A stretch of 64,000 bases of DNA from Escherichia phage vB_EcoM_F1. The notes beneath the pieces are model-generated. The model made no database searches. It was not told the DNA's origin and saw only the letters and a program-made list of their open reading frames with translations. The stretch lies in the sequence record NC_054912.1. One strand, written 5' to 3'. Below, piece after piece: positions 16,509 to 34,742 of the stretch. The position numbers and the translations under genes were made by a program. How positions within the stretch are numbered: position 1 is the stretch's first letter; each line of letters opens with the position of its first letter.

Positions 16509-18491
16509 ATGGCAAATACCCCTGTAAATTATCAATTAACAAGAACAGCAAATGCTATTCCCGAGATATTCGTCGGGGGTACGTTTGCTGAAATAAAACA
16601 AAACCTCATTGAATGGCTTAATGGCCAAAATGAATTTTTGGATTATGATTTTGAAGGCTCAAGATTAAACGTTCTGTGTGACCTTTTGGCTTATAATACG
16701 CTGTACATTCAACAGTTTGGTAATGCTGCTGTGTATGAAAGCTTTATGCGTACTGCTAACTTACGAAGTTCAGTTGTTCAAGCTGCACAAGATAACGGAT
16801 ATTTACCTACTTCAAAATCCGCTGCGCAGACCGAAATTATGTTAACATGCACCGACGCATTGAATAGGAATTACATTACTATTCCTCGCGGAACTCGCTT
16901 TTTAGCATATGCAAAAGATACTTCTGTTAATCCATATAACTTCGTTTCTACCGAAGACGTTATTGCTATTCGTGATAAAAATAACCAATATTTTCCGCGT
17001 TTAAAATTGGCCCAGGGACGTATAGTAAGAACTGAAATCATTTATGATAAATTAACACCTATTATCATTTATGATAAAAATATTGATAGAAACCAGGTTA
17101 AATTATACGTTGATGGAGCAGAATGGATTAACTGGACAAGAAAGTCAATGGTTCATGCTGGTTCTACATCGACAATTTACTACATGCGTGAAACTATTGA
17201 TGGAAATACTGAATTCTATTTTGGTGAAGGTGAAATTTCTGTTAATGCTTCTGAAGGAGCTTTGACCGCTAATTATATCGGAGGTCTTAAACCTACTCAG
17301 AACTCTACGATTGTTATTGAGTACATCAGTACTAATGGTGCTGACGCGAACGGAGCAGTCGGATTTTCATACGCAGATACATTAACAAATATAACTGTCA
17401 TCAATATTAATGAAAATCCAAACGATGACCCAGATTTTGTTGGGGCAGATGGCGGCGGTGATCCAGAAGATATTGAGCGTATCCGCGAATTGGGTACTAT
17501 TAAACGCGAAACCCAGCAACGCTGCGTAACTGCAACTGACTATGATACATTCGTTTCAGAAAGATTTGGTTCTATTATTCAAGCAGTTCAGACTTTCACT
17601 GATTCTACTAAACCTGGTTATGCATTTATTGCTGCTAAACCTAAATCAGGTCTGTATTTAACTACTGTACAGCGCGAAGATATTAAAAATTATCTCAAAG
17701 ACTATAATTTAGCTCCTATTACGCCATCAATTATTTCTCCTAATTATCTTTTTATTAAGACTAATTTAAAAGTCACATATGCTTTAAATAAACTGCAAGA
17801 ATCCGAACAGTGGCTCGAAGGTCAAATAATTGATAAAATTGATCGTTATTATACCGAAGATGTAGAAATTTTTAACTCGTCTTTCGCTAAATCTAAGATG
17901 TTAACTTATGTAGATGATGCAGATCATTCTATCATTGGTTCATCAGCGACAATTCAAATTGTTCGTGAAGTACAAAACTTCTATAAAACGCCTGAAGCAG
18001 GTATTAAATACAATAATCAAATAAAAGATCGTTCTATGGAATCTAATACGTTTTCATTTAATTCTGGACGAAAGGTTGTAAATCCTGATACTGGTTTAGA
18101 AGAAGATGTATTATATGACGTTCGTATAGTATCAACAGACCGAGATTCTAAAGGAATTGGTAAAGTTATTATTGGTCCATTTGCTTCCGGCGATGTTACA
18201 GAAAATGAAAACATTCAGCCGTATACAGGCAACGATTTTAACAAATTAGCAAATTCTGATGGACGCGACAAATACTATGTTATCGGTGAAATAAATTATC
18301 CGGCTGACATGATTTATTGGAATATCGCTAAAATTAATTTAACATCTGAAAAATTTGAAGTTCAAACTATTGAATTATATTCTGACCCAACCGATGATGT
18401 TATCTTTACTCGCGATGGTTCACTGATTGTATTTGAAAATGACTTACGTCCACAATACTTAACTATCGATTTGGAGCCTATATCACAATGA
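16509..18491 (+). CDS. 6: baseplate wedge protein gp6
   Basis: 660 aa, T4 size and order. Confidence 0.9.
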   Translation: MANTPVNYQLTRTANAIPEIFVGGTFAEIKQNLIEWLNGQNEFLDYDFEGSRLNVLCDLLAYNTLYIQQFGNAAVYESFMRTANLRSSVVQAAQDNGYLPTSKSAAQTEIMLTCTDALNRNYITIPRGTRFLAYAKDTSVNPYNFVSTEDVIAIRDKNNQYFPRLKLAQGRIVRTEIIYDKLTPIIIYDKNIDRNQVKLYVDGAEWINWTRKSMVHAGSTSTIYYMRETIDGNTEFYFGEGEISVNASEGALTANYIGGLKPTQNSTIVIEYISTNGADANGAVGFSYADTLTNITVININENPNDDPDFVGADGGGDPEDIERIRELGTIKRETQQRCVTATDYDTFVSERFGSIIQAVQTFTDSTKPGYAFIAAKPKSGLYLTTVQREDIKNYLKDYNLAPITPSIISPNYLFIKTNLKVTYALNKLQESEQWLEGQIIDKIDRYYTEDVEIFNSSFAKSKMLTYVDDADHSIIGSSATIQIVREVQNFYKTPEAGIKYNNQIKDRSMESNTFSFNSGRKVVNPDTGLEEDVLYDVRIVSTDRDSKGIGKVIIGPFASGDVTENENIQPYTGNDFNKLANSDGRDKYYVIGEINYPADMIYWNIAKINLTSEKFEVQTIELYSDPTDDVIFTRDGSLIVFENDLRPQYLTIDLEPISQ

Positions 18492-21400
18492 CAGTAAAAG
18501 CACCTTCAGTCACTAGTCTCAGAATTTCCAAGTTATCCGCAAATCAGGTGCAAGTACGCTGGGATGACGTTGGTGCTAATTTCTACTATTTTGTAGAAAT
18601 CGCTGAGACCAAAACAGACTCGGGGGAAAATCTCCCGAGTGATCAATATCGTTGGATTAATTTAGGGTATACAGCAAATAATAGTTTCTTTTTTGATGAT
18701 GCTGATCCACTGACATCATATGTTATTAGAGTAGCTACGGCGGCTCAAGATTTTGAGCAGTCTGACTGGATTTATACCGAAGAGTTTGAAACTTTTGCTA
18801 CGAATGCTTACACATTTCAAAACATGATTGAAATGCAATTAGCCAATAAATTCATTCAGGAAAAATTTACTCTTAACAATTCTAATTATGTCAATTTTAA
18901 TAATGACACTATAATGGCTGCATTGATGAATGAATCGTTTCAATTCAGCCCATCATATGCTGATGTCTCATCAATCAGTAATTTTATTATTGGCGAAAAT
19001 GAGTATCATGAAATACAAGGTTCTATTCAGCAAGTGTGTAAGGATATTAACCGAGTTTATTTGATGGAATCAGAAGGAATTTTGTACCTCTTTGAGCGCT
19101 ATCAACCTGTGGTTAAAGTATCTAATGATAAAGGACAAACCTGGAAAGCTGTAAAGCTCTTCAATGACCGCGTAGGATATCCTTTATCTAAGACAGTATA
19201 TTACCAATCTGCAAACACAACATACGTTCTAGGATACGACAAGATTTTCTATGGCCGTAAATCGACTGACGTTAGATGGTCAGCTGATGATGTCAGATTT
19301 AGTTCACAGGATATAACATTCGCTAAACTTGGTGACCAATTGCATCTAGGATTTGATGTAGAAATTTTTGCCACTTATGCGACTTTACCAGCGAATGTAT
19401 ACCGCATTGCAGAAGCTATTACTTGCACCGATGATTACATTTACGTTGTCGCCAGAGACAAAGTTAGATACATAAAAACGAGTAATGCACCTATAGATTC
19501 TGATCCATTATCTCCAACATATTCGGAAAGACTTTTTGAACCTGATACAATGACTATAACTGGAAATCCTAAAGCAGTATGCTATAAAATGGATTCTATT
19601 GGTGATAAAGTTTTTGCTCTTATTATTGGAGAAGTTGAAACATTAAATGCTAATCCTAGAACATCAAAAATAATTGATTCTGCTGATAAAGGAATATATG
19701 TTTTAAATCATGACACGAAAACATGGAAAAGAGTTTTTGGCAACACTGAAGAAGAAAGAAGACGTATTCAACCTGGATATGCGAATATGTCAACTGATGG
19801 TAAATTAGTTTCTCTGTCTTCGAGTAATTTTAAATTTTTAAGTGATAACGTTGTTAATGACCCTGAAACTGCAGCGAAATATCAGTTAATCGGTGCTGTT
19901 AAATATGAATTTCCTCGTGAATGGCTAGCCGATAAGCATTATCATATGATGGCATTTATAGCAGATGAAAAATCTGATTGGGAAACTTTTACGCCTCAAC
20001 CGATGAAATATTATGCAGAACCATTCTTTAACTGGTCTAAAAAATCTAACACACGTTGTTGGATAAACAACTCTGACAGAGCTGTAGTAGTTTATGCTGA
20101 TTTAAAATACACTAAAGTTATAGAAAATATTCCGGAAACATCGCCAGATAGATTAGTTCATGAATACTGGGATGATGGTGATTGTACTATAGTAATGCCA
20201 AATGTTAAATTCACTGGATTTAAAAAATACGCATCAGGAATGCTTTTCTATAAAGCCTCTGGTGAAATAATTTCTTACTATGATTTTAACTATCGTGTGA
20301 GAGATACAGTAGAAATTATTTGGAAGCCAACTGAAGTATTTTTAAAAGCATTTTTACAAAACCAAGAGCATGAGACTCCTTGGTCACCAGAAGAAGAGCG
20401 TGGACTAGCTGACCCTGATTTAAGACCATTGATTGGCACAATGATGCCTGATTCTTATTTGTTGCAGGATTCGAATTTTGAGGCATTTTGCGAAGCATAT
20501 ATTCAGTATCTTTCTGATGGATATGGAACTCAGTATAACAATTTACGAAATTTAATTCGTAATCAGTATCCACGAGAAGAGCATGCATGGGAATATTTGT
20601 GGTCAGAGATATATAAAAGAAACATTTATTTAAATGCTGACAAACGTGATGCTGTTGCAAGATTTTTTGAATCACGTAGCTACGATTTTTATTCTACTAA
20701 AGGAATTGAAGCATCATACAAATTTCTTTTTAAAGTTCTTTATAATGAAGAAGTTGAAATTGAAATTGAATCTGGGGCTGGTACTGAATATGACATAATC
20801 GTTCAATCTGATTCTTTGACTGAAGACTTAGTAGGACAAACGATTTATACGGCAACAGGAAGATGTAATGTTACTTATATAGAAAGAAGTTATTCTAATG
20901 GTAAATTGCAATGGACCGTAACTATTCATAATCTTTTGGGACGATTAATTGCTGGCCAAGAAGTTAAAGCAGAAAGACTTCCTAGTTTTGAAGGCGAAAT
21001 TATTCGTGGGGTTAAAGGAAAGGATTTGCTTCAAAACAATATAGACTATATTAATAGAAGTAGATCATACTATGTAATGAAAATTAAATCCAATTTACCT
21101 TCTTCCCGCTGGAAATCTGACGTTATTCGTTTTGTTCATCCAGTAGGATTTGGATTTATAGCAATTACCCTTTTAACAATGTTTATTAATGTTGGTTTAA
21201 CTCTTAAACATACAGAGACTATAATTAATAAATACAAAAACTATAAATGGGATTCTGGATTGCCTACTGAATATGCCGATAGAATAGCTAAATTGACTCC
21301 AACTGGTGAAATTGAGCATGATTCAGTAACAGGCGAAGCAATTTATGAGCCTGGCCCAATGGCTGGTGTAGAATATCCTCTTCCTGATGACTATAATGCT

Positions 21401-21586
21401 GAAAATAATAATTCAATATTTCAAGGTCAATTGCCGTCTGAACGACGTAAATTAATGAGTCCTTTATTTGATGCATCTGGAACAACATTTGCGCAATTTA
21501 GAGATTTAGTTAATAAACGTCTAAAAGATAATATAGGAAATCCAAGAGACCCTGAAAATCCAACACAGGTTAAAATAGATGAATGA
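18488..21586 (+). CDS. 7: baseplate wedge protein gp7
   Basis: 1032 aa, T4 size and order. Confidence 0.9.
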   Translation: MTVKAPSVTSLRISKLSANQVQVRWDDVGANFYYFVEIAETKTDSGENLPSDQYRWINLGYTANNSFFFDDADPLTSYVIRVATAAQDFEQSDWIYTEEFETFATNAYTFQNMIEMQLANKFIQEKFTLNNSNYVNFNNDTIMAALMNESFQFSPSYADVSSISNFIIGENEYHEIQGSIQQVCKDINRVYLMESEGILYLFERYQPVVKVSNDKGQTWKAVKLFNDRVGYPLSKTVYYQSANTTYVLGYDKIFYGRKSTDVRWSADDVRFSSQDITFAKLGDQLHLGFDVEIFATYATLPANVYRIAEAITCTDDYIYVVARDKVRYIKTSNAPIDSDPLSPTYSERLFEPDTMTITGNPKAVCYKMDSIGDKVFALIIGEVETLNANPRTSKIIDSADKGIYVLNHDTKTWKRVFGNTEEERRRIQPGYANMSTDGKLVSLSSSNFKFLSDNVVNDPETAAKYQLIGAVKYEFPREWLADKHYHMMAFIADEKSDWETFTPQPMKYYAEPFFNWSKKSNTRCWINNSDRAVVVYADLKYTKVIENIPETSPDRLVHEYWDDGDCTIVMPNVKFTGFKKYASGMLFYKASGEIISYYDFNYRVRDTVEIIWKPTEVFLKAFLQNQEHETPWSPEEERGLADPDLRPLIGTMMPDSYLLQDSNFEAFCEAYIQYLSDGYGTQYNNLRNLIRNQYPREEHAWEYLWSEIYKRNIYLNADKRDAVARFFESRSYDFYSTKGIEASYKFLFKVLYNEEVEIEIESGAGTEYDIIVQSDSLTEDLVGQTIYTATGRCNVTYIERSYSNGKLQWTVTIHNLLGRLIAGQEVKAERLPSFEGEIIRGVKGKDLLQNNIDYINRSRSYYVMKIKSNLPSSRWKSDVIRFVHPVGFGFIAITLLTMFINVGLTLKHTETIINKYKNYKWDSGLPTEYADRIAKLTPTGEIEHDSVTGEAIYEPGPMAGVEYPLPDDYNAENNNSIFQGQLPSERRKLMSPLFDASGTTFAQFRDLVNKRLKDNIGNPRDPENPTQVKIDE

Positions 21587-22583
21587 TTCAAGTGTTATCT
21601 ATCGTGCGATAGTTACTTCAAAATTTAGAACAGAAAAAATGTTGAATTTTTATAATTCAATTGGAAGTGGTCCGGATAAAAACACTATCTTTATCACATT
21701 TGGAAGATCAGAACCGTGGTCATCAAATGAAAATGAGGTGGGCTTTGCCCCACCTTATCCAACCGATTCTGTATTAGGCGTAACTGACATGTGGACGCAT
21801 ATGATGGGAACAGTAAAGGTTCTTCCATCAATGCTTGACGCAGTTATTCCTCGTCGAGATTGGGGAGATACTAGATATCCGGATCCATACACATTTAGAA
21901 TTAACGATATTGTAGTGTGTAACTCAGCTCCTTACAACGCTACTGAATCAGGCGCTGGCTGGTTAGTATATCGTTGTTTAGATGTTCCTGATACTGGAAT
22001 GTGCTCAATTGAGTCTTTAACTAATAAGGATGAATGCCTTAAGCTAGGTGGAAAATGGACTCCTTCTGTTAGGTCAATGACTCCTCCTGAAGGTCGAGGA
22101 GATGCTGAAGGAACAATTGAACCTGGGGACGGGTATGTATGGGAATATCTTTTTGAGATTCCACCCGATGTATCTATAAATAGATGCACGAATGAATATA
22201 TTGTGGTTCCTTGGCCTGAGGAATTAAAAGAAGACCCGACTAGATGGGGATATGAAGATAATCTCACTTGGCAGCAAGATGATTTTGGATTAATTTACCG
22301 GGTTAAGGCAAATACTATCCGTTTTAAAGCATATTTAGATTCAGTTTATTTTCCTGATGCTGCATTGCCAGGAAATAAAGGATTTAGACAAATATCAATA
22401 ATCACGAATCCTCTTGAAGCTAAAGCTCATCCAAATGACCCAAACGTTAAAGCTGAAAAGGATTATTATGACCCAGAAGATTTAATGAGGCATTCGGGCG
22501 AAATGATTTATATGGAAAATAGGCCACCTATTATCATGGCAATGGATCAGACAGAAGAAATCAATATTCTGTTTACATTTTAA
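21579..22583 (+). CDS. 8: baseplate wedge protein gp8
   Basis: 334 aa, T4 size and order. Confidence 0.9.
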   Translation: MNDSSVIYRAIVTSKFRTEKMLNFYNSIGSGPDKNTIFITFGRSEPWSSNENEVGFAPPYPTDSVLGVTDMWTHMMGTVKVLPSMLDAVIPRRDWGDTRYPDPYTFRINDIVVCNSAPYNATESGAGWLVYRCLDVPDTGMCSIESLTNKDECLKLGGKWTPSVRSMTPPEGRGDAEGTIEPGDGYVWEYLFEIPPDVSINRCTNEYIVVPWPEELKEDPTRWGYEDNLTWQQDDFGLIYRVKANTIRFKAYLDSVYFPDAALPGNKGFRQISIITNPLEAKAHPNDPNVKAEKDYYDPEDLMRHSGEMIYMENRPPIIMAMDQTEEINILFTF

Positions 22584-22588
22584 ATTAA

Positions 22589-22612
22589 GGGAGCCCATGG
22601 GCTCCCTTTTTC
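22589..22612 (+). terminator. rho-independent terminator after gene 8
   Basis: palindrome gggagccc-at-gggctccc followed by TTTTTC. Confidence 0.6.
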
Positions 22613-22614
22613 TT

Positions 22615-22622
22615 TATAAATA
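22615..22622 (+). promoter_or_regulatory. late promoter TATAAATA for gene 9
   Basis: exact TATAAATA 25 nt upstream of the gene 9 ATG. Confidence 0.6.
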
Positions 22623-22646
22623 CTATAAACTCATAAGGAAACCGCT

Positions 22647-23513
22647 ATGTTCATTCAAGAACCAAAGAAATTGATTGATACCGGCGAAATTGGTAACGCT
22701 TCTACTGGTGATATCTTATTCGACGGTGGTAATAAAATTAATAGTGATTTTAACGCAATTTATAATGCGTTTGGCGATCAGCGTAAAATGGCAGTAGCAA
22801 ATGGCACTGGAGCAGATGGTCAAATTATCCATGCTACTGGATATTATCAAAAGCACTCTATCGCGGAGTACGCAACTCCAGTGAAAGTTGGCACTAGACA
22901 TGATATTGATACCTCTACTGTAGGTGTTAAAGTTATTATTGAAAGAGGAGAACTTGGCGATTGTGTTGAATTCATTAACTCTAATGGATCAATATCAGTT
23001 ACTAATCCTTTAACGATTCAGGCTATTGATTCAATTAAAGGCGTTTCAGGTAATTTAGTAGTAACTAGTCCATATAGTAAAGTTACTTTACGTTGTATTT
23101 CATCTGATAATTCTACGTCGGTTTGGAATTATTCTATTGAAAGTATGTTTGGTCAAAAGGAATCACCGGCCGAAGGTACATGGAATATTTCTACATCTGG
23201 GTCAGTTGACATTCCATTGTTTCATCGTACTGAATATAACATGGCTAAATTGTTAGTTACATGCCAATCAGTAGATGGAAGAAAAATTAAAACGGCAGAA
23301 ATAAATATTCTTGTAGATACTGTTAATTCAGCGGTCATTTCTTCTGAATATGCTGTCATGCGGGTTGGAAATGAAACAGAAGAAGACGAAATCGCTAATA
23401 TTGCATTTAGTATTAAAGAAAATTATGTAACGGCAACTATAAGTTCTTCAACTGTCGGTATGAGAGCAGCAGTTAAAGTTATCGCTACGCAGAAAATCGG
23501 GGTGGCTCAATAA
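22647..23513 (+). CDS. 9: baseplate protein gp9 (long tail fibre socket)
   Basis: 288 aa, T4 size and order. Confidence 0.9.
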   Translation: MFIQEPKKLIDTGEIGNASTGDILFDGGNKINSDFNAIYNAFGDQRKMAVANGTGADGQIIHATGYYQKHSIAEYATPVKVGTRHDIDTSTVGVKVIIERGELGDCVEFINSNGSISVTNPLTIQAIDSIKGVSGNLVVTSPYSKVTLRCISSDNSTSVWNYSIESMFGQKESPAEGTWNISTSGSVDIPLFHRTEYNMAKLLVTCQSVDGRKIKTAEINILVDTVNSAVISSEYAVMRVGNETEEDEIANIAFSIKENYVTATISSSTVGMRAAVKVIATQKIGVAQ

Positions 23514-25318
23514 TGAAACAAAATATTAATATCGGTAATGTTGTTGATGATGGTACCGGTGACTACCTGCGTAAAGGTGGTATAAAAATAAATGAAAACT
23601 TTGATGAACTTTATTATGAACTTGGCGATGGAGATGTTCCATATTCAGCCGGTGCCTGGAAAACTTATAATGCTTCATCCGGTCAAACATTAAAAGCTAA
23701 GTGGGGAAAATCATACGCTATTAATACCTCTTCTGGAAGAGTAACTTTACAACTTCCTAAAGGAACTGTTAATGATTATAATAAAGTAATTAGAGCTAGG
23801 GATGTATTTGCAACATGGAACATTAATCCAGTTACTTTAGTAGCTGCTTCTGGGGATACAATTAAAGGGTCGTCATCGTCAGTTGAAATTAATATTCAAT
23901 TTAGTGATTTAGAGCTCGTTTATTGTGCTCCAGGACGTTGGGAATATGTCAAAAACAAACAAATTGACAAAATTATTAGTTCAGATATTAGTAATGTAGC
24001 ACGTAAAGAATTTTTAGTCGAAGTTCAAGGACAAACAGACTTTTTAGATGTTTTCCGTGGAACTAGCTATAATGTTAATAACATCCGAGTAAAACACCGC
24101 GGTAATGAATTATATTATGGCGATGTATTTAGTGAAAACAGTGACTTTGGCTCTCCTGGGGAAAATGAAGGAGAATTGATTCCTCTTGATGGATTTAACA
24201 TTCGATTAAGACAGCCTTGTAATATTGGTGACACCGTTCAAATTGAAACATTTATGGATGGTGTATCACAATGGAGAAGTTCATATACAAGACGCCAAAT
24301 AAAAGTATTAGATTCAAAATTAACGTCAAAAACTTCTTTAGAAGGAAGTATTTACGTTACTGATTTATCGGCGATGAAATCAATTCCATTCTCTGCATTT
24401 GGATTAATTCCTGGAGAACCTATTAATCCTAATTCTCTTGAAGTTCGTTTTAATGGAATTTTACAACAACAAGCTGGAACAGCCGGATATCCTCTGTTTT
24501 TGTGTGAAGGTGCTAATTCAGATACGCAAGCAGGATGTATATCTCTTGGCGGTGAATGGAAAGAATCGAATACAGATTATTCTATAGAATATGAAGATGG
24601 AAAACCTACCAGTCTTTTATTTGATAGAAAATTTGAATCCGGTGACATTATCGTTATAACATGGTTCAATAATGATTTAGGAACTCTTTTAGAAAAAGAT
24701 GACATCATTGAATTGACTGATGACCGTTATGTTAGCAAAGGATCATCTACCGAAGTTACTGGTGATGTAGCCTTAACAGATTTTGATAAAATCGGTTGGC
24801 CAAATGTTGAAAAAGTTGATTCTTATACTAGAACGTATAATTCAATATCATCTATTTTCGATAGCATTTATCCTGTAGGTTCAATTTATGAAAATGCTAT
24901 AAATCCAAATAATCCGGTGACTTATATGGGATTTGGTTCATGGAAATTATTTGGTAAAGGACAAGTTTTAGTAGGATGGAATGATGATGTTACGGATCCA
25001 AACTTTGCTTTAAACAATAATGATTTAGATTCTAGCGGAAATCCTTCACATACTGCAGGTGGAACAGTTGGAACAACATCAGTAACGCTTGAAAACGCAA
25101 ATCTTCCTGCAACTAAAACCGACGAAAGAGTTTTAATTGAAGACGAAAATGGATCGGTTATTATTGGAGGTTGCCAATATGACCCAGATGAAACTGGTCC
25201 TATATATACAAAATATCGTGAAGACTACGCAACAACAAACTCTTCACATACTCCTCCTGCTAATATTAGTAATATTCAACCGTCTATTACTGTATACCGT
25301 TGGATAAGGATTGCATAA
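23513..25318 (+). CDS. 10: baseplate wedge protein gp10
   Basis: 601 aa, T4 size and order. Confidence 0.9.
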   Translation: MKQNINIGNVVDDGTGDYLRKGGIKINENFDELYYELGDGDVPYSAGAWKTYNASSGQTLKAKWGKSYAINTSSGRVTLQLPKGTVNDYNKVIRARDVFATWNINPVTLVAASGDTIKGSSSSVEINIQFSDLELVYCAPGRWEYVKNKQIDKIISSDISNVARKEFLVEVQGQTDFLDVFRGTSYNVNNIRVKHRGNELYYGDVFSENSDFGSPGENEGELIPLDGFNIRLRQPCNIGDTVQIETFMDGVSQWRSSYTRRQIKVLDSKLTSKTSLEGSIYVTDLSAMKSIPFSAFGLIPGEPINPNSLEVRFNGILQQQAGTAGYPLFLCEGANSDTQAGCISLGGEWKESNTDYSIEYEDGKPTSLLFDRKFESGDIIVITWFNNDLGTLLEKDDIIELTDDRYVSKGSSTEVTGDVALTDFDKIGWPNVEKVDSYTRTYNSISSIFDSIYPVGSIYENAINPNNPVTYMGFGSWKLFGKGQVLVGWNDDVTDPNFALNNNDLDSSGNPSHTAGGTVGTTSVTLENANLPATKTDERVLIEDENGSVIIGGCQYDPDETGPIYTKYREDYATTNSSHTPPANISNIQPSITVYRWIRIA

Positions 25319-25977
25319 TGAGTTTACTTAATAATAAAGCGGGAGTTATTTCCCGCTTAGCAGATTTTCTTGGTTTTAGAACTAAGAAAAATGATATTTC
25401 GGTTATGAATAATCAGCCAGTAGGCGCTGTAACAATTTCACAAATAGCAAAAGGTTTTTATGACCCAAATGTAGAATCTGCTATCAATGATGTTAGAAAT
25501 ATGGCAGAGCAACAGGTTGGAGCTGTATTAGTTAATATAAGCGGCGTATCTCCTACTGGCGTGCAACAAACAGACTATTGGTCATTTGAAGGAACTGTTA
25601 CTGATACTTCAGCCAAACCAGGTGACCCAGTTATTGTTAATATGTTTGGCATTCCTGTTAAAGCTACTAATGGAATGACTTCAATCGAATTTACCAGTGC
25701 CGTTAGAACAGCTCTGCAGGAAATGGTTGCAAAATTTATTGCAATTGATTCATTTGAAGACCATCCTACCATAGGAAATAAAATACAAGTTAAGTATTTA
25801 GATAACCAAGAACATATCTTAGAACAATACTCTGATAAAGGAATTACTTTCAAACAAGAAATAATTTCTCCTTCTAAACCTGGATACGGAACTTGGCAAT
25901 TATTAGGTGCGCAAACTGTCACGCTAGATAGTCACACACAACCTACGGTATTTTATTATTTTGAGAGAATAGCATGA
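25318..25977 (+). CDS. 11: baseplate wedge / short tail fibre attachment protein gp11
   Basis: ATG at 25318 overlaps gene 10 stop (TAATG); 219 aa as T4 gp11; track ORF began at upstream TTG. Confidence 0.9.
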   Translation: MSLLNNKAGVISRLADFLGFRTKKNDISVMNNQPVGAVTISQIAKGFYDPNVESAINDVRNMAEQQVGAVLVNISGVSPTGVQQTDYWSFEGTVTDTSAKPGDPVIVNMFGIPVKATNGMTSIEFTSAVRTALQEMVAKFIAIDSFEDHPTIGNKIQVKYLDNQEHILEQYSDKGITFKQEIISPSKPGYGTWQLLGAQTVTLDSHTQPTVFYYFERIA

Positions 25978-27524
25978 GTAACAATACATATCAGCACGTA
26001 TCAAATGAATCAAAATATGTTAAATTCGATCCTACTGGATCGAATTTTCCTGACACTGTCACGACAGTGCAGTCTGCATTATCAAAAATAAGTAATATCG
26101 GCGTAAATGGTATTCCTGATGCAACTATGGAAGTTAAAGGAATAGCAATGATTGCGTCAGAGCAAGAGGTTTTAGATGGAACTAATAATTCTAAAATCGT
26201 TACACCCGCTACATTAGCAACAAGATTATTGTATCCAAATGCTACTGAAACTAAGTATGGTTTAACGCGCTATTCAACAAATGAAGAAACATTAGAAGGC
26301 TCAGATAATAATTCATCAATAACGCCGCAAAAACTGAAATACCATACTGACGATGTGTTCCAAAATAGATATTCGTCTGAGTCATCAAACGGGGTTATTA
26401 AAATATCATCTACACCTGCAGCTTTAGCTGGAGTTGATGATACTACGGCAATGACTCCACTGAAAACACAAAAACTTGCAATAAAATTAATTTCACAAAT
26501 AGCTCCTTCCGAAGATACTGCATCAGAATCTGTGAGAGGTGTAGTTCAATTATCTACTGTTGCGCAAACACGTCAAGGAACTCTCCGCGAAGGATATGCA
26601 ATTTCTCCGTATACATTTATGAATTCTGTTGCAACACAAGAATATAAGGGCGTTATACGTTTAGGAACACAATCGGAAATTAACAGTAATTTAGGAGATG
26701 TTGCAGTAACAGGTGAAACACTAAATGGTCGAGGAGCTACCGGTTCTATGCGTGGGGTAGTAAAATTAACGACGCAAGCCGGTATTGCCCCTGAAGGTGA
26801 TAGCTCTGGAGCATTAGCATGGAACGCAGATGTAATTAATACTCGTGGTGGACAAACTATTAATGGTTCTTTAAATTTAGACCATCTTACAGCAAACGGA
26901 ATTTGGTCGCGCGGCGGAATGTGGAAAAATGGCGATCAACCTGTTGCCACTGAAAGATATGCGTCCGAAAGAGTTCCAGTTGGAACTATTATGATGTTTG
27001 CGGGTGATTCAGCACCTCCAGGTTGGATTATGTGTCATGGTGGAACTGTGTCAGGAGACCAATATCCTGATTATAGAAACACTGTTGGAACAAGATTTGG
27101 TGGGGATTGGAATAATCCAGGGATTCCTGATATGCGAGGTCTTTTTGTTAGAGGAGCGGGCACAGGTGGTCATATTTTAAATCAGCGAGGACAAGATGGT
27201 TATGGGAAGGATAGACTTGGTGTAGGATGTGATGGAATGCATGTTGGTGGTGTTCAAGCACAACAAATGTCATACCATAAACATGCTGGTGGTTGGGGAG
27301 AATATAACAGAAGTGAAGGTCCATTTGGCGCGTCTGTTTATCAAGGATATCTTGGAACTAGAAAATATTCCGACTGGGATAACGCTTCATACTTCACCAA
27401 TGATGGATTTGAATTAGGTGGACCGAGAGATGCCCTTGGTACACTTAATCGTGAAGGATTAATTGGTTATGAAACTAGACCATGGAATATATCATTAAAC
27501 TATATTATTAAAATTCATTACTAA
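25974..27524 (+). CDS. 12: short tail fibre protein gp12
   Basis: 516 aa (T4 is about 527), order after gp11. Confidence 0.85.
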   Translation: MSNNTYQHVSNESKYVKFDPTGSNFPDTVTTVQSALSKISNIGVNGIPDATMEVKGIAMIASEQEVLDGTNNSKIVTPATLATRLLYPNATETKYGLTRYSTNEETLEGSDNNSSITPQKLKYHTDDVFQNRYSSESSNGVIKISSTPAALAGVDDTTAMTPLKTQKLAIKLISQIAPSEDTASESVRGVVQLSTVAQTRQGTLREGYAISPYTFMNSVATQEYKGVIRLGTQSEINSNLGDVAVTGETLNGRGATGSMRGVVKLTTQAGIAPEGDSSGALAWNADVINTRGGQTINGSLNLDHLTANGIWSRGGMWKNGDQPVATERYASERVPVGTIMMFAGDSAPPGWIMCHGGTVSGDQYPDYRNTVGTRFGGDWNNPGIPDMRGLFVRGAGTGGHILNQRGQDGYGKDRLGVGCDGMHVGGVQAQQMSYHKHAGGWGEYNRSEGPFGASVYQGYLGTRKYSDWDNASYFTNDGFELGGPRDALGTLNREGLIGYETRPWNISLNYIIKIHY

Positions 27525-27533
27525 GGATTACAA

Positions 27534-28991
27534 ATGATTGAATTAAAAGATTTACCTTTTGTTGATAGCGTTCCTGGCGAAGGTCAGGAACGTATTTCAT
27601 GGATTAAAAATGGTGAAGAAATATTAGGAGCTAGTACTAAGTATGGAAACGATGGATCAATGAATAGACCAACTGTTTCCGTGTTTAAAAATGTCGAGGT
27701 TCTCGACGAAAATGTAGGAATTCTTAAAACAGCATTAGAAACATCCCAGGAAGATATTAAAACCATTCAGGGTATCTTAGATGTATCTGGTGATATAGAA
27801 GCTTTATCGCAAATAAGTATCAATAAAAAGGATATCACTGATCTTAAAACGCTTACGAGTGAACATACCGAAATATTAAATGGAACTAATAATACTGTCG
27901 ATAGCATTCTTGCTGACATTGGTCCATTTAATTCGCAAGCAAATTCAGTTTATAGAACGATTAGAAATGATTTGTTATGGATTAAAAGGGAATTAGGACA
28001 ATATGCTGGGCAAGACATTAATGGTCTTCCTGTTGTAGGAAATAGCAGCACGGGTATGAAGCACCGCATCATTAATAATACAGATGCTATAACTTCCCAA
28101 GGAATACGTCTAAGTGATTTGGAAGAAAAATTTATTGAATCTGATGTAGGTTCACTGACAATTGAAGTCGGAAATCTTAGACAAGAACTTGGACAAAGAC
28201 CATCTTCATTCAGTGAAAGCATATATTCACGTGTGCATAATTTAGATCAATCTCAGATTAATCTTAGTTCCGAAATTAAATCTATCAAAACTTCTATTGG
28301 ATATCCAGGAAATACTTCAATAATCACAGATGTTAACACTAATACCCAAGAAATTTCAGCTTTAAATGATGAACTAAATAAAAGCGGAGGTATTAAACAA
28401 CGATTGACTGTCATTGAAACATCAATTGGCTCAGATGATATTCCTTCTAGTATTAAAGGTCAAATTAAAGATAATACTACCTCTATTGAGTCTTTAAATG
28501 GAATTGTAGGTGAAAACACCTCGTCTGGTTTAAGAGCTAATGTTTCGTGGTTAAACCAAATTGTTGGAACTGATTCTAGCGGTGGACAACCTTCTCCTCC
28601 TGGGTCTCTTTTAAATAGAATTTCAACAGTTGAAACTTCCGTTAATAGATTGAACAATGATGTTCAAAACTTACAAGTTGAAATTGGTAATAACAATTCC
28701 GGAATTAAAGGACAAGTTGTAGCATTAAATAAATTAGTAAATGGAACAAATCCAAATGGCTCAACTGTCGAAGAACGCGGATTGACTAATTCAATAAAAG
28801 CTAATGAGACTAACATTGCTTCAATTAATCAAGAGATTCGTAGCATTAAAAGCGATGTATCTTCATTACAAAGGGATGTTCAGACTTTACAGGAAGCAGG
28901 TTATATCCCTGAAGCTCCAAAAGATGGCCAAGCTTACGTTCGTAAAGACGGCGAATGGGTACTACTTTCTACCTTTTTATCACCAGCATAA
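27534..28991 (+). CDS. wac: fibritin (whisker) Wac
   Basis: 485 aa coiled-coil with C-terminal foldon [27 protein letters not shown]. Confidence 0.95.
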   Translation: MIELKDLPFVDSVPGEGQERISWIKNGEEILGASTKYGNDGSMNRPTVSVFKNVEVLDENVGILKTALETSQEDIKTIQGILDVSGDIEALSQISINKKDITDLKTLTSEHTEILNGTNNTVDSILADIGPFNSQANSVYRTIRNDLLWIKRELGQYAGQDINGLPVVGNSSTGMKHRIINNTDAITSQGIRLSDLEEKFIESDVGSLTIEVGNLRQELGQRPSSFSESIYSRVHNLDQSQINLSSEIKSIKTSIGYPGNTSIITDVNTNTQEISALNDELNKSGGIKQRLTVIETSIGSDDIPSSIKGQIKDNTTSIESLNGIVGENTSSGLRANVSWLNQIVGTDSSGGQPSPPGSLLNRISTVETSVNRLNNDVQNLQVEIGNNNSGIKGQVVALNKLVNGTNPNGSTVEERGLTNSIKANETNIASINQEIRSIKSDVSSLQRDVQTLQEAGYIPEAPKDGQAYVRKDGEWVLLSTFLSPA

Positions 28992-28994
28992 CAT

Positions 28995-29010
28995 GGGGCC
29001 GCAAGGCCCC
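28995..29010 (+). other. GC stem-loop (ggggcc-gcaa-ggcccc) after wac
   Basis: inverted repeat read directly; no T-run. Confidence 0.4.
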
Positions 29011-29022
29011 AAAGGATTTTAA

Positions 29023-31532
<2,510 letters not shown>

Positions 31533-31573
31533 TAAATATTATAAACTAATTAAAGCCCAGATTAGGAGAAATC

Positions 31574-34711
<3,138 letters not shown>

Positions 34712-34742
34712 ATATATTAAAGCATATTAAAGAGGATTAAAA

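Noticed and set aside
14201-25922. Antisense or out-of-frame ORFs of 60-120 aa inside structural genes (for example 14201-14410, 17071-17265, 20316-20675, 21932-22267, 25575-25922)
   Set aside because: Each is fully embedded in a long, well-supported structural gene on the other strand or frame; none has an RBS or promoter; they are typical of AT-rich genomes.
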